Below are positions 12,704 through 23,719 of a stretch of DNA of 64,000 bases, piece after piece. Position 1 is the stretch's first letter. Each line of letters begins with the position of its first letter. Position numbers and translations under genes: made by a program. A model generated the notes under the pieces. The model was not told where the DNA came from. It saw nothing but the letters and a program-made list of their open reading frames with translations, and did no database searches. The stretch is from the NCBI GenBank assembly GCA_043228905.1, contig JBHGNT010000005.1, positions 15,438,001 through 15,502,000 of the forward strand, given 5' to 3'. This DNA is from Azolla caroliniana. Lineage: Eukaryota > Plantae > Polypodiophyta.

Positions 12704-12729
12704 AAGTCATATAAGTATAAATATGACTT
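12704..12729 (+). promoter_or_regulatory. LTR TATA box inside a 9-bp inverted repeat
   Basis: AAGTCATAT-aagtataa-ATATGACTT. Equivalent motif in the LTRs of A, F, H, K and L. Confidence 0.6.
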
Positions 12730-13150
12730 AGGGCAAACAGTTTTGATGTTGCTTATCATTTTTCTGTTTTTCCACTCAAGAGGAGTGAAGAGAGAGAGCA
12801 GCCGAGAGAGAGAGAGAGAGAGAGATAGAGCGCGAGAGAGAAAGAGGACGACGCCTCTGTGTATTTCCGCCGCCTGTGGCGAGGACAGCGAGCTCAAGGT
12901 CGTCGCCTTGGAGCTCGTCACTGTATACTTCTCTTTGTATAGTGTTGTTTGGAGTCTTGTACTCCCGTGGTTTTTTCCCATCTAGGGTTTTCCACGTTAA
13001 ATCCCTGTGTGCTCGTGTTTTGTTTCTTTCTCCGTGTGGTTCCTATTTTCTGCTCCATTGATCCGCGATTACTCGGTTGTGGCCGAGTGGTGAAGGTGAA
13101 TAGAAGCGTCTATTCCTTACAAACTGGTATCAGAGCGACTGTTGCAGAAA

Positions 13151-16100
13151 ATGGAAGGCGGCGGCAGCGGGCAGCCGATGATGATGGTGCTGAATGCACA
13201 GAATTACGCCGACTGGAAGATCAAGATGGAGGATCTTCTGATTGTTCGGGACCTGTACGAACCGATTGACAGGTCGGAAATACCGAAAGGGGTACTTGAG
13301 TCGGAGTGGAAGCTCCTGAACCGGAAAGCCGTAGCGACGATCCGACAATATGTCGATGTAAGCGTCCTACAACATGTGGCGAATGACACCAACGCATATG
13401 AGATGTGGAAGAAGCTGTCGGGCCTCTACGAGAGGAAGAATGCGTTGAACCGGACCTCCCTGATGAGGAAGATAGTGAACCTCAAGTACCGGGACGGCGA
13501 GAGGATGGTCGAACACGTAAGCACGTTCATGGGATTCGTGAATCAGCTTGCGGCGATCAAGTTCCCGTTGGAGGATGCAATGCAAGCCATCATCCTGATG
13601 TGTACATTGCCAGAAAGCTGGGAGAACTTGGTGGTGACTCTCAGCACCTCCTGCACCGAAGATAACTTGTCCTTACAAACGGTAAAGACAAGTATTTTGA
13701 ATGAAGAAGCGTGTCGGAGAGATAAGGAACCGACCTCCGACCCGAAGATGTTGTTTACCGAATCGGATCGGGGAAGACAATGGAACCGGAGTCCGCAAAG
13801 ACGGGAGAAGTCGGGGACCCGGTCGCAGTCAAGAGGAAGACCCACATGCTTCCACTGTGGGAAGCCGGGGCACTTCCGAAAGAATTGTCGGCATTACCGA
13901 AAAGACAACGGAGCCGACGACACCGATTTGAAGAAGTCACCAGAGAGAAACGGTGCATACCGGGGAGCCACGGACCGGAGAGGTTCGGATCGGCAAGGGC
14001 AGGACCGGAAAGGAACAACGGCACTCGCGGCAAGTGAGGAAGAAATCATGCTCATCACCGAAGAAGGAGAGCTAAACATTGCCGGTGATGAGACGACCTG
14101 GGTGGTCGATTCCGGAGCATCGTTCCACCTGACCCCGGAGAGAAGATACTTCTCATCCTACACAGCCGGTGAGCATGGCTGTGTTCGGATGGGAAATGAA
14201 GGTACGTGCCGGATTGCCGGCATAGGAGACGTGTGGTTGACTACCCCGACCGGATGCAAAATGCTGCTGAAGGATGTCCGACACGTTCCGGAGGTTCGAT
14301 TGAACCTGATTTCGGCCGGGAGGCTAGACGATGAAGGCTACACGGGTAGCATCCGGAACGGTGTCATGAAGTTCAGCAAGGGGAGCCTGATAGTGGCTCG
14401 GGCCCGGAAGGTCAACACACTATACCTGATTAATGCCCGGTTATGTCCGGAAGAGCTGAATGTGGCAGCCGACACTGCCGGTGAGCTGTGGCACAAGAGA
14501 CTGTGCCACATGAGCGAGAAGGGGATGAAGAGGCTTGCAGAAGACAACCTCATTCCAGTGAAGCATGTGCACCTGGAGAAGTGTACCGATTGCCTGGCCG
14601 GTAAGCAGAACCGAACCTCCTTCCACTCAAGGCCACCGACGAGACGTAGTGCACCATTGGAGTTGGTGCACACCGACGTGTGTCAGGTAGAAACGAAGTC
14701 ACATGGCGGAGCCCAGTACTTCGTAACATTCATAGATGATCACATCCGAAGACTGTGGACGGCACCGTTGAAGACAAAGGACCAAGTATTGCCCGTCTTC
14801 AAAGAACTCCACGCGAGAGTGGAAAGGGAATCCGGTAAGAAGCTGAAAGCGATACGAGCAGATAACGGAGGGGAATACCGAGGGCAGTTCCAGCAGTACT
14901 GTCGCTCGAAGGGAATCCGACTCGAGTTTACTGTGCCGAAGACGCCGGAACTGAACGGGCTGGCCGAGAGGATGAACCGGACCATAATGGAGAGGGTCCG
15001 GAGTATGCTGGCGCATGCGAAATTACCCAAGGGATTTTGGGATGAGGCAATGTCGACGGCGACGTACGTGATAAATAGATCACCCTCAGTACCTTTGGAC
15101 GGAGACTCGCCGCAGAAAGTGTGGACCGGTAAGGAAGTGTCCTACCGGCATCTGAAGGTGTTCGGGTGTCTCGCATACGTGCATGTGGCAAAGGACCGGA
15201 GAGGAAAGCTAGATCCGAAGACCCGACCATGCATATTCCTCGGTTACGGCGATGACGAGTTCGGCTACCGAGTATGGGACCCGGTCGACAAGAAGATATT
15301 CCGGAGTCGTGATATCATCTTCATGGAGAACAAGACACTCGCCGACTGGGAGTCGGAGAAGAAGATGAAGAGATTCAAGTCGACCGGTGAGGATCAACTC
15401 TACGAGGAGCAGTCCCGACCGGCAAGGGACCGGTCAACACTCGAGGATCCGGCCGAAGACGGTGAAGAAACAGAACCGGCCGAAGAAGATGAAAACGATA
15501 CCGGAACCGGCCCCGATCCCGAAATGGATTCGGATGAAGAAGAATCGGAAGAACCGGTTACCGAAGCTCCGGAACGGAGATATCCTCTAAGAGAGAGAAG
15601 GGCCCCCCGGAGATTTCCGGAACCAGAGCACGTGCTGCTAACCGACGAGGGGGAGCCGGAGAGCTTTGAAGAAGCAAAACATGACACCCAGAGCCGCAGG
15701 TGGTTGAGTGCCATGCAGGACGAGATGGATTCCCTGCATGAGAACCACACATATGAACTTGTGGAGCTGCCGAAAGGAAAACGGGCACTCCCTAACAAGT
15801 GGGTGTTCAAGCTGAAACCGGGAGATGCCGGAAACCCCCCGAGATACAAAGCCAGGATTGTGGTGAAGGGGTTTCAGCAGAAGAAGGGCGTCGACTTCGA
15901 CGAGATATTTGCCCCGGTAGTGAAGATGACCTCCATCCGGACGGTGCTGAGCATAGCGGCAAGCATGGACCTCGAGGTAGAACAGATGGACGTGAAGACG
16001 GCATTCCTTCACGGTGACCTCGATGAAGAGATCTACATGCAGCAACCGGAAGGATTCGAGAAGAAAGGGAAGGAGCACCTGGTATGCCGATTGAAGAAGA

Positions 16101-17224
16101 GCCTTTACGGACTGAAGCAGGCTCCCCGGCAATGGTACCGGAAGTTCGACTCCTTCATGACCGATGAAGGGTACCTAAAAACGCAGTCCGACCACTGCGT
16201 GTTTGTGAAGAAGTTCGAAGGAGGAGACTTTCTAATACTCCTCCTGTACGTGGACGACATGTTGATCGTCGGACGGGACCAGGTCAAGATACGGATGCTG
16301 AAGAAGGCTCTTCACCGAACCTTCTCAATGAAGGACTTGGGTCCGGCGAGACAAATCTTAGGGATGCACATCATCCGGGACCGGAAGAAGAAGCAGTTGT
16401 GGCTGTCACAGGAGAAGTACGTGACGAAGGTGCTTCACCGGTTCAACATGTCGGAAGCAGGACCGGTCGGATCGACCCTCCCGGCAAACTGCAAGCTGTC
16501 CAGCAAGCAAAGTCCCAAGACAAAGGCTGAAAAGGAGGATATGATGAAAGTGCCGTATGCCTCAGCCGTCGGGAGCTTGATGTACGCCATGGTGTGTACG
16601 AGACCGGACATAGGATATGCAGTCGGAGTGGTAAGCCGGTACATGAGCAATCCCGGCAGAGAGCATTGGAACGCGGCCAAGTGGATACTCCGATACCTGA
16701 AGGGCACGGCAAACGTGTGCCTCCGATTCGGCTCCGGTAAGCCCGAACTCGACGGCTTCACCGATTCGGATATGTCGGCTGATGCAGATACCAGCCGGTC
16801 CACATCAGGGTATGTGATGACGTATGCAGGGGGAGCTGTTTCATGGCAGTCGAGGCTGCAGAAGACGGTTGCGTTGTCAACCACGGAGGCGGAGTACATG
16901 GCGGCTGTTGAAGCCGGCAAGGAAATAATATGGATGAAGGACTTCATTAGAGAGCTCGGTATCCGACAGGAGGAGTACCGACTCTACTGCGACAGTCAGA
17001 GTGCAATCCACCTTGCGAAGAACGCGGCCTATCACTCCCGGACGAAGCACATCCAGCGAAGATATCACTGGATCCGGGAAAGGATAGAAGACAAGGAGTT
17101 CGTGCTGACAAAGATCCACACGGACGAGAACGGGTCGGATATGCTGACCAAGGTCCTCACACCCGACAAGCTGGAAGCATGCCGGAAGAGGATCGGATTG
17201 GAGAGACATCCCATGCAGAAGTGA
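13151..17224 (+). CDS. gag-pol: Copia Gag-Pol polyprotein, intact
   Basis: Single ORF with gag, CFHCGKPGHFRKNC knuckle, PR WVVDSGASFH, integrase HHCC and DDE (VHTDVC, RADNGGEY, AERMNRT), RT YVDD and RNase H. ATG at 13151. Confidence 0.97.
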   Translation: MEGGGSGQPMMMVLNAQNYADWKIKMEDLLIVRDLYEPIDRSEIPKGVLESEWKLLNRKAVATIRQYVDVSVLQHVANDTNAYEMWKKLSGLYERKNALNRTSLMRKIVNLKYRDGERMVEHVSTFMGFVNQLAAIKFPLEDAMQAIILMCTLPESWENLVVTLSTSCTEDNLSLQTVKTSILNEEACRRDKEPTSDPKMLFTESDRGRQWNRSPQRREKSGTRSQSRGRPTCFHCGKPGHFRKNCRHYRKDNGADDTDLKKSPERNGAYRGATDRRGSDRQGQDRKGTTALAASEEEIMLITEEGELNIAGDETTWVVDSGASFHLTPERRYFSSYTAGEHGCVRMGNEGTCRIAGIGDVWLTTPTGCKMLLKDVRHVPEVRLNLISAGRLDDEGYTGSIRNGVMKFSKGSLIVARARKVNTLYLINARLCPEELNVAADTAGELWHKRLCHMSEKGMKRLAEDNLIPVKHVHLEKCTDCLAGKQNRTSFHSRPPTRRSAPLELVHTDVCQVETKSHGGAQYFVTFIDDHIRRLWTAPLKTKDQVLPVFKELHARVERESGKKLKAIRADNGGEYRGQFQQYCRSKGIRLEFTVPKTPELNGLAERMNRTIMERVRSMLAHAKLPKGFWDEAMSTATYVINRSPSVPLDGDSPQKVWTGKEVSYRHLKVFGCLAYVHVAKDRRGKLDPKTRPCIFLGYGDDEFGYRVWDPVDKKIFRSRDIIFMENKTLADWESEKKMKRFKSTGEDQLYEEQSRPARDRSTLEDPAEDGEETEPAEEDENDTGTGPDPEMDSDEEESEEPVTEAPERRYPLRERRAPRRFPEPEHVLLTDEGEPESFEEAKHDTQSRRWLSAMQDEMDSLHENHTYELVELPKGKRALPNKWVFKLKPGDAGNPPRYKARIVVKGFQQKKGVDFDEIFAPVVKMTSIRTVLSIAASMDLEVEQMDVKTAFLHGDLDEEIYMQQPEGFEKKGKEHLVCRLKKSLYGLKQAPRQWYRKFDSFMTDEGYLKTQSDHCVFVKKFEGGDFLILLLYVDDMLIVGRDQVKIRMLKKALHRTFSMKDLGPARQILGMHIIRDRKKKQLWLSQEKYVTKVLHRFNMSEAGPVGSTLPANCKLSSKQSPKTKAEKEDMMKVPYASAVGSLMYAMVCTRPDIGYAVGVVSRYMSNPGREHWNAAKWILRYLKGTANVCLRFGSGKPELDGFTDSDMSADADTSRSTSGYVMTYAGGAVSWQSRLQKTVALSTTEAEYMAAVEAGKEIIWMKDFIRELGIRQEEYRLYCDSQSAIHLAKNAAYHSRTKHIQRRYHWIRERIEDKEFVLTKIHTDENGSDMLTKVLTPDKLEACRKRIGLERHPMQK

Positions 17225-18289
17225 AGGGGGAGTTTGTTGGGATTACGGTCCCTTCTCATGGGATGGTCGGACACCGGAGATGGATGCCGACAAGCCCGGT
17301 TTCGGTTTCGGATCCGGATGACGAAGACCCCGGTTTCGGTACCGGATGACGAATGTACCCGGAGAGCGATCCGGATGCAGGGACATATCCGTGAATATGT
17401 TCGCTATGGGCCTCTGAGGCTACAGTTGTAAATAGCCCAAAGTCATATAAGTATAAATATGACTTAGGGCAAACAGTTTTGATGTTGCTTATCATTTTTC
17501 TGTTTTTCCACTCAAGAGGAGTGAAGAGAGAGAGCAGCCGAGAGAGAGAGAGAGAGAGAGATAGAGCGCGAGAGAGAAAGAGGACGACGCCTCTGTGTAT
17601 TTCCGCCGCCTGTGGCGAGGACAGCGAGCTCAAGGTCGTCGCCTTGGAGCTCGTCACTGTATACTTCTCTTTGTATAGTGTTGTTTGGAGTCTTGTACTC
17701 CCGTGGTTTTTTCCCATCTAGGGTTTTCCACATTAAATCCCTGTGTGCTCGTGTTTTGTTTCTTTCTCCGTGTGGTTCCTATTTTCTGCTCCATTGATCC
17801 GCGATTACTCGGTTGTGGCCGAGTGGTGAAGGTGAATAGAAGCGTCTATTCCTTACAAACCTTTCCATCGCCTCAGTAGCGTCTTGCGCTAGGGATTCAA
17901 GTAAACTGGGATCTGGCTGGACATCATCAATAGTAGGACTCATTCGGTTTGATTCAAGGTCCTAGGAGTTCAAAAACATTGTTGTTATGAAGATTAGATT
18001 TACATGTTGTGTCTAGTATTCAATACAATCTTCCAAAAGAATAGGGTGAAGCTGATCTGAAGAAGATATGATGGCAGGACTCTTACTTTCAGCCATGTTG
18101 TTAGCTATCTCCTCATCGGTTACAGTCTCATCGTATCCGGACACCACATGCAACCTCCTTAATCCACGAGGTTCTACAACATGTCAGCTAATTAGCGGCT
18201 TCTCTTTCGCTACTACTTTCTCTCTGTAGGTGTAGCTACTTCTATGAAGTTATTTCGCCACTACACATTGTGCTTTTTCTACCACCTTA

Positions 18290-19148
18290 GCTGACAACTA
18301 TTAGCTACCACACTACAGTTTGACAGTAGCTAATTAGCTTGGGAGTAGCAAACTAGATGACAGAAAGTTTACAACTATTGTACTAATACTACACTATAGA
18401 TTGGCAGTAGCGAATTAGCTACCACTCTCAATATTGCTTAGCTACCACTCTTAAAACTTCTTAGTTAATTAGCTACTATATTATAGATTGACAGTAGCTA
18501 ATTAGCTACCACTTTTGATATTACTTAGCGAATTAGCTACGTTGTAGCTAAGTAGCTACTACACTATAGATTCTTAGTAGGTAATTAACTACCACTCTTG
18601 ATACTGCTTAGCTAATTAGCTACTACACTATAGAATGGCAATGGCAGATTAGCTGCCACTCTCGATAATACTTAGCTAATTAGTTACTATTCTTTAGATT
18701 GGTAGCAGCTAATTAGCTACCACTCTCGATACTACTAAGCTAATTAGCTTTGATACTATAGATTGGTAGTAGTTAATTACCTTTGATACTATAGATTGAC
18801 AATAGCTAATTAGCTACCACTCTTTACACTACTTAGCTAATTAGCTATGTTGTACCTAATTAGCTACTAGACTATAGATTTTTCGTAGCGAATTAGCTAC
18901 CACTCTTGGTACTACTTAGCTAATTAGCTACAACTTAGCTAATTAGCTACTATACCATAGATTGGCAGTAGCTAATTAGCTACCACTTTTGATACTGCTT
19001 AGGTAATTAGCTACATTATAGATTGGCAATAGCTAATTAGCTACCACTATCGAGACTGCTTAGCTAATTAGTTACAAGAGCTAATTAGCTATTATACATT
19101 AGATTGGCAGTAGCTAATTAGCTACCACTCTCAATATTGTTTAGTTAA
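18290..19148. repeat. Main TAGCTAATTAGCTA palindrome array (~31-bp units, alternating spacers giving a ~63-bp dimer)
   Basis: Spacers alternate between ccactcttgatactgct-like and ctacactatagattggcag-like. The array continues at 29243-29358 and 45015-45275. Confidence 0.92.
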
Positions 19149-20156
19149 TGTTGACATATCAAGCTCAACTAGATTTAGTTAGTTAGTCAACACGCGTAAC
19201 TTAGTAGTTACCTAGATAGAATCTACTTAGTGTGTTGACCTTAAAGCCTTAAATTGGATTTTGTTCTTGAGTGGGATACATTGTAGATCCTCCACTCCCA
19301 TGTTCATTTAATATAGGACTTACACCCTTGTACCTATATTCTACTCACACATGTGCACCTTTGCACATGAGATGTATATATACATCATTGTGGGTATTTT
19401 TATTTTTGATGATGCTTTTAATATAGTTAATCATCCCCCATCTTTTCTCGTTGTTCATAGTGTTAACTTCCTCTCTTTCTTCCTCTCACAAACATACACA
19501 CACATATCACTTAATCTTCTGCTTAGCTTAATCACATAATTAGGTACTAATTAACCCGTAGTTAATTACCTAATTATTAACATGGTATCAAAGTGTGTGT
19601 TTTAGAAAGTCCACTAAGCCTACCTAACTCCGTGATTGGGTGTTTGAGACGCCGACGACAAAATCCGGCTATCGGCTACTGTAGTGCCGCTACATAGCAC
19701 ATGTATGCCTCGCCGGATACCGATGTCGGATGCCGCCGCCGGATTGTGGTCGGATGCCGTCGGATCACCGGCTCCATCGCCGGTCCGGTTTTGGTTGGCC
19801 AAAACCCTTTACGAGTAGCTAGCCACCTCCACTCTTAGTTCAAGTTACCTTGAACTCTCTATGCTCCACTCATAGACACAAAGATAATATCTTTTGCTCC
19901 ACCTTATATATGATGAGAGCCGTATTTGTCGTGACTATGTGGGATATCTCACAATTTTCTCTTTTTTCTTTTCACAAACTTTATACCCTCGTATCTTGAC
20001 ATTTAGTTGTCCATTTCTCGTGTAATAAAGTGCATTCGAAACCTCCATCATTTTGTACTTAGATATTAAAAATGTTATCTTCACAATTATTGTATTACGT
20101 GATTCATACTCGATTTCGTACGTTTTATGGGATTTTCACACTATTGCCGAAAATCT

Positions 20157-23100
20157 TCACAACATCTCCACCCCCACCAAACCGCACGTCCTCCGGTACG
20201 TGCCAAGAAGAGAAGAAGTGAGATTTCGGCTACGATGATCAATTAGATTCCTCCATGTCTTCATTTTCATCCGGCCATCGTCGAGGTAATCGAGGTCAGG
20301 ATCCCTATCTTGTCTTTTCTTGAAAAGCTTTACTCTTTTTCCCGCAATGGGTACGGCCAACCTTGATCCGTCTAGTTCCGCAAGGTGGTATGTAGCATTA
20401 TCGTTGGCACTTGTCACCACATACGGCCCGAACCATCTTCTTGCGAACTTCCTTGTTGTACTATGTTGATTGTCAAGGGTGCTGTCGTAAACCAAAACCC
20501 AATCCCCTTCTTCAATCTTCTTGGGACGAAGTCGATGCGTGTTGTCGAACCGAACTTTGTTCTTTACTCGGGATGCCTTCATCATCTTTCGCGCTTTTTC
20601 TAAATCTTCAGGTCTTCTTTCAAGTTGCCTTATCCGCGCCGCTAATAACTCTTCTCGGCTCATCTCGTTCTCCCACGGTATCGCTACCCATGAGGCGATC
20701 GTCCTTTCGATGGGCATAATCGACTTTTGTCCATACATAAGCTCCGTCGGCATATACCCTGTCACCGAGCTATGTGTCGTTCTATCGGCCCACAAGGCAT
20801 AGGGTAATAGTCGTGGCCAATTCCTGACTCGACCGTTGCATGCCCGTACGATGGCTTTAACGATAGGTCCATGCCCTTGCTCGATCTTCCCATTTGCTTC
20901 CGGATTGTAGGCAGTCGTGAGGGAGAGCTTCACGTCTAGTCTTTCGAAGAGCTCCGTCGCTTCGTGCGCGTCCAACTCCCCTCGGTCGGCCACTATCTTC
21001 CCTACACATCCATATCGGCAAACAACATCTTCAAGTAAAAATTTACAAACGGCTGAAGTCGTCTTATTTGTCAAGGCTCGTCCTTCCACTTGATTTGTCA
21101 AGTCTTCCCTTGCGAGCGCTAAGTACTTCATTTGTCCCACTCCCATTGGCATCGAGACCAGATCCACCATCCATTTGAAGTGAATGGTGAGTGGGTATGT
21201 CGGCTTTAACTCATCACGATGACGTATATTTGAATATATTTGGCAAGTTTCACATGTGGACACGAAATGGAGTACATCTTTGTACATGCTTGGCCACCAG
21301 TACTTCTCCTTCAATTTCTCGAACGTCGCCCATGTTCCTCTATGACCTGCCCAAGCACTCTCGTGGAATTCGGTCATCAGCGTCTCTTGCTCTTCTTTCT
21401 TTACCACCACTCAACGTGGTATTCCTGTCCTTCTTTTTGGGTGTCGCCAAAGGAATCCTCCCTTCAAGAAGTATCGATAAGCTTTCTTTCGGATTCGTAG
21501 GGCCTCCTCCTTTGTCAAGGAAGCATCTGTCGTCAATGTTCTTAGGAATCTACCGATGAGTAACCATTCTCCTTCGTACTCGTTCTCATTGAAGGCGTGG
21601 AGGGTTTGTGTGTCCTGGTCTTCCGCCGACAATCGAGCCATCTTGAAGAAGTCGAGGGCGACATCTTCATCTTCCGAAACCATGTTACTTCCATTTGAAA
21701 ATCTTGCCCTCGACAGCATGTCAGCCATGGCGTTCTTCTTCCCTGCGATGTGACGGATCTCTGGGTTTAAAGACTTGATGTAGGCGATCCACCTTAGCAT
21801 AGCAAGATTTGGGGTCGCACATCCCGAGACCATTCCGAGAATTGGGAGACAATTTGTCTCTATTATCACTTCTGACCTGATCAGGTAATCTTTGTCCGTC
21901 TTCACTGCCGACACAATACCCCAAAGTTCCCGCTTGACTTGGGCATATCTTTGTTGCCGTTCGCTGAGAACCTTTGCTCCGAACCGGACGGCATATTGCG
22001 CATTATCTTCACCTTCTTGATTGATGACCCACCCGATTCCGGTTGGGCTCGTATCTACGGTCACGTAAATTGGTTTCCCTTCAGCATAGTCGGCCTTCCT
22101 TAGTGCCGGAGCTTCAAGAAGCAGTTTCTTTAATCTTCGCATCGCCTCTGTGTTCTCGTCTCGCCATTCGAACTTTATTCTTTTCTTTAGTAGTCCATAT
22201 AACGGTTCGGCGACATGAGCGTAGTGAGGAATCCATATATGATAAAACGCGCACGCTCCAAGGAACCTTCGAACCTCCGTTTGGTTTTCGCATTCTTCTT
22301 TCATGTCTTGGATTGCGTTCACTTTGGATGGCGAGGGCTTTCGGCCGTATGCTCCACACAAGTGACCTACCACCAAGATCTCTGGTTGCCCGAATGCGGA
22401 TTTTTCTCCCGAAAATGTCAAATTCGCATCTTCGAGCCTTTGAAGCACCTTCTCGCAATCTTTCATATGATCCGCGACGAACTTTCTACAACCTTATCTT
22501 TCGATTCATCTTTCTCCTCATCTGAACATCCTTTTATCGGAATATCATCCAAGAATGGCATCGTGATGTCCGGAATGCAATCCTTCAAGACTTTATTCAT
22601 GGCATTCACCATATGAACCACCGAGTTCGTTGCGCCTTGGGTTAAGGTACACATCCACACAAGCCCGATCGGAGTCCTCATGGTTGTAATGTCCCGACTG
22701 TCGATCGCCAATTGGAATTGGTCATATCCGGAGTAGAGATCGCCAATGGAGTAGATGGACTGGCCTGCAAACACTTCGGCAAATTCATCCACGCTCGGAC
22801 CGATTCCGGCATTTCGAATTGTCACCTTGTTGACGGGTTGAAGATCTTGGATGAATCGCAATGATCCATTCTTCTTCGGCACCGTGAACCACCTATTGGA
22901 ATAAGGAGCATTCGACGGTTCTAGAATTCCCATACTCACCTTCCCCTTTAAGAGCTCGATCAGCTTCGGAAGGTGTGCTCTCGGAACCGGTATCGGTTTC
23001 AAGTTCCAAGGCACATGAGGCACCGTGAAGATCACCATCGGCTCTATAACCTTTGGGTCGGCGCATCCGATTTCTCGTGGGAAGAATGCGAAAGCCTTCC

Positions 23101-23719
23101 CATGTCTCTCAAGCATATCGCGAAACATTCGGTCCTCTTCAGGGAGAAGGAAATCCTCCTTTCCAACTCGTAGCTTCCCCTTCGTCTCTTTGGTGAAGAC
23201 ATGACCTATCTTCTTCGGATCTCTTAAGCTTGGATCGTTAGCGACTTCCTTCATCTTTTGCCAGCTATCTTCCGGTAGTGGAATCGCAACTGGCTTGATC
23301 TTCTTATCCACCGTTTTATATTTCGTGTTGATGTCAGCTTCCTTCATCGAGATGTCACGACGGTATTCATCGATGATAGCGTACATGTTGACGGAGTTAA
23401 CCGAAATCACGCATTGGTTGTGAAGATAGCTCAAGTCCACGACGTCCTCGATTTCGCCGATGGTGTCGTTAAATGAGGCTTCTTCCATAATATGAGTCAC
23501 GAACTCCCCTTCTTCTATTATGTTCTCTTCTTTCAGCATCTTCTCGAATTCTTGTATCCGGTGCTTGTGCTTCTTGTCGGGTAGTACTAGTTTACATGCG
23601 CCACTAGGTGTGACACATGTTGCTTCTCCTTGCAATCCACGCGCTCTTCTTTCTTGTGGGGTCTTGTGATTGCTCGGACTATTTGTGCCCCATGCTTCAA
23701 TAGTCCGCTCTAAAAATCC
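20157..23719 (-). pseudogene. Pol (RT-RNase H-integrase) of element E, with a frameshift near 22465 and a stop at 21411
   Basis: RT (FIQDLQPVN, DLYSGYDQ, PFLDD), RH (TVDTSPTGIG, ADMLSR), integrase (H..WAGH..C..C, WMVDLV, ADRGE, ANGKIE, GPY). Confidence 0.9.

Larger units (their letters stand above)
12499..17857 (+). mobile_element. Element C: intact young Ty1/copia (Tnt1/Tork-like)
   Basis: 623-bp LTRs at 12499-13121 and 17235-17857 (one mismatch seen). TSD AACCT at 12494-12498 and 17858-17862. Met-i PBS TGGTATCAGAGC 13125-13136. PPT GAAGGGGGAG 17223-17232. Confidence 0.98.

Noticed and set aside
12520-13269. ORFs within LTRs and many antisense/overlapping ORFs over gag-pol regions
   Set aside because: Shadow frames of GC-rich coding sequence or microsatellite translations (SLSLSL, RERERE), with no recognisable domains.
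17962-18086. 125-nt GT-AG intron on the minus strand in the cargo gene
   Set aside because: The sites look canonical (GTAAGA..CCTAG), but splicing does not restore an open frame, so it is unsupported without paralogues.
18290-19148. CRISPR-like array (palindromic repeat plus spacers)
   Set aside because: The repeat is only 14 bp, the spacers are short and homologous to each other, there are no cas genes, and the context is eukaryotic transposons.
20157-20330. Chromodomain or env-like ORF after the E integrase
   Set aside because: Only a short acidic tail precedes the PPT; no chromodomain aromatic motif and no extra ORF.
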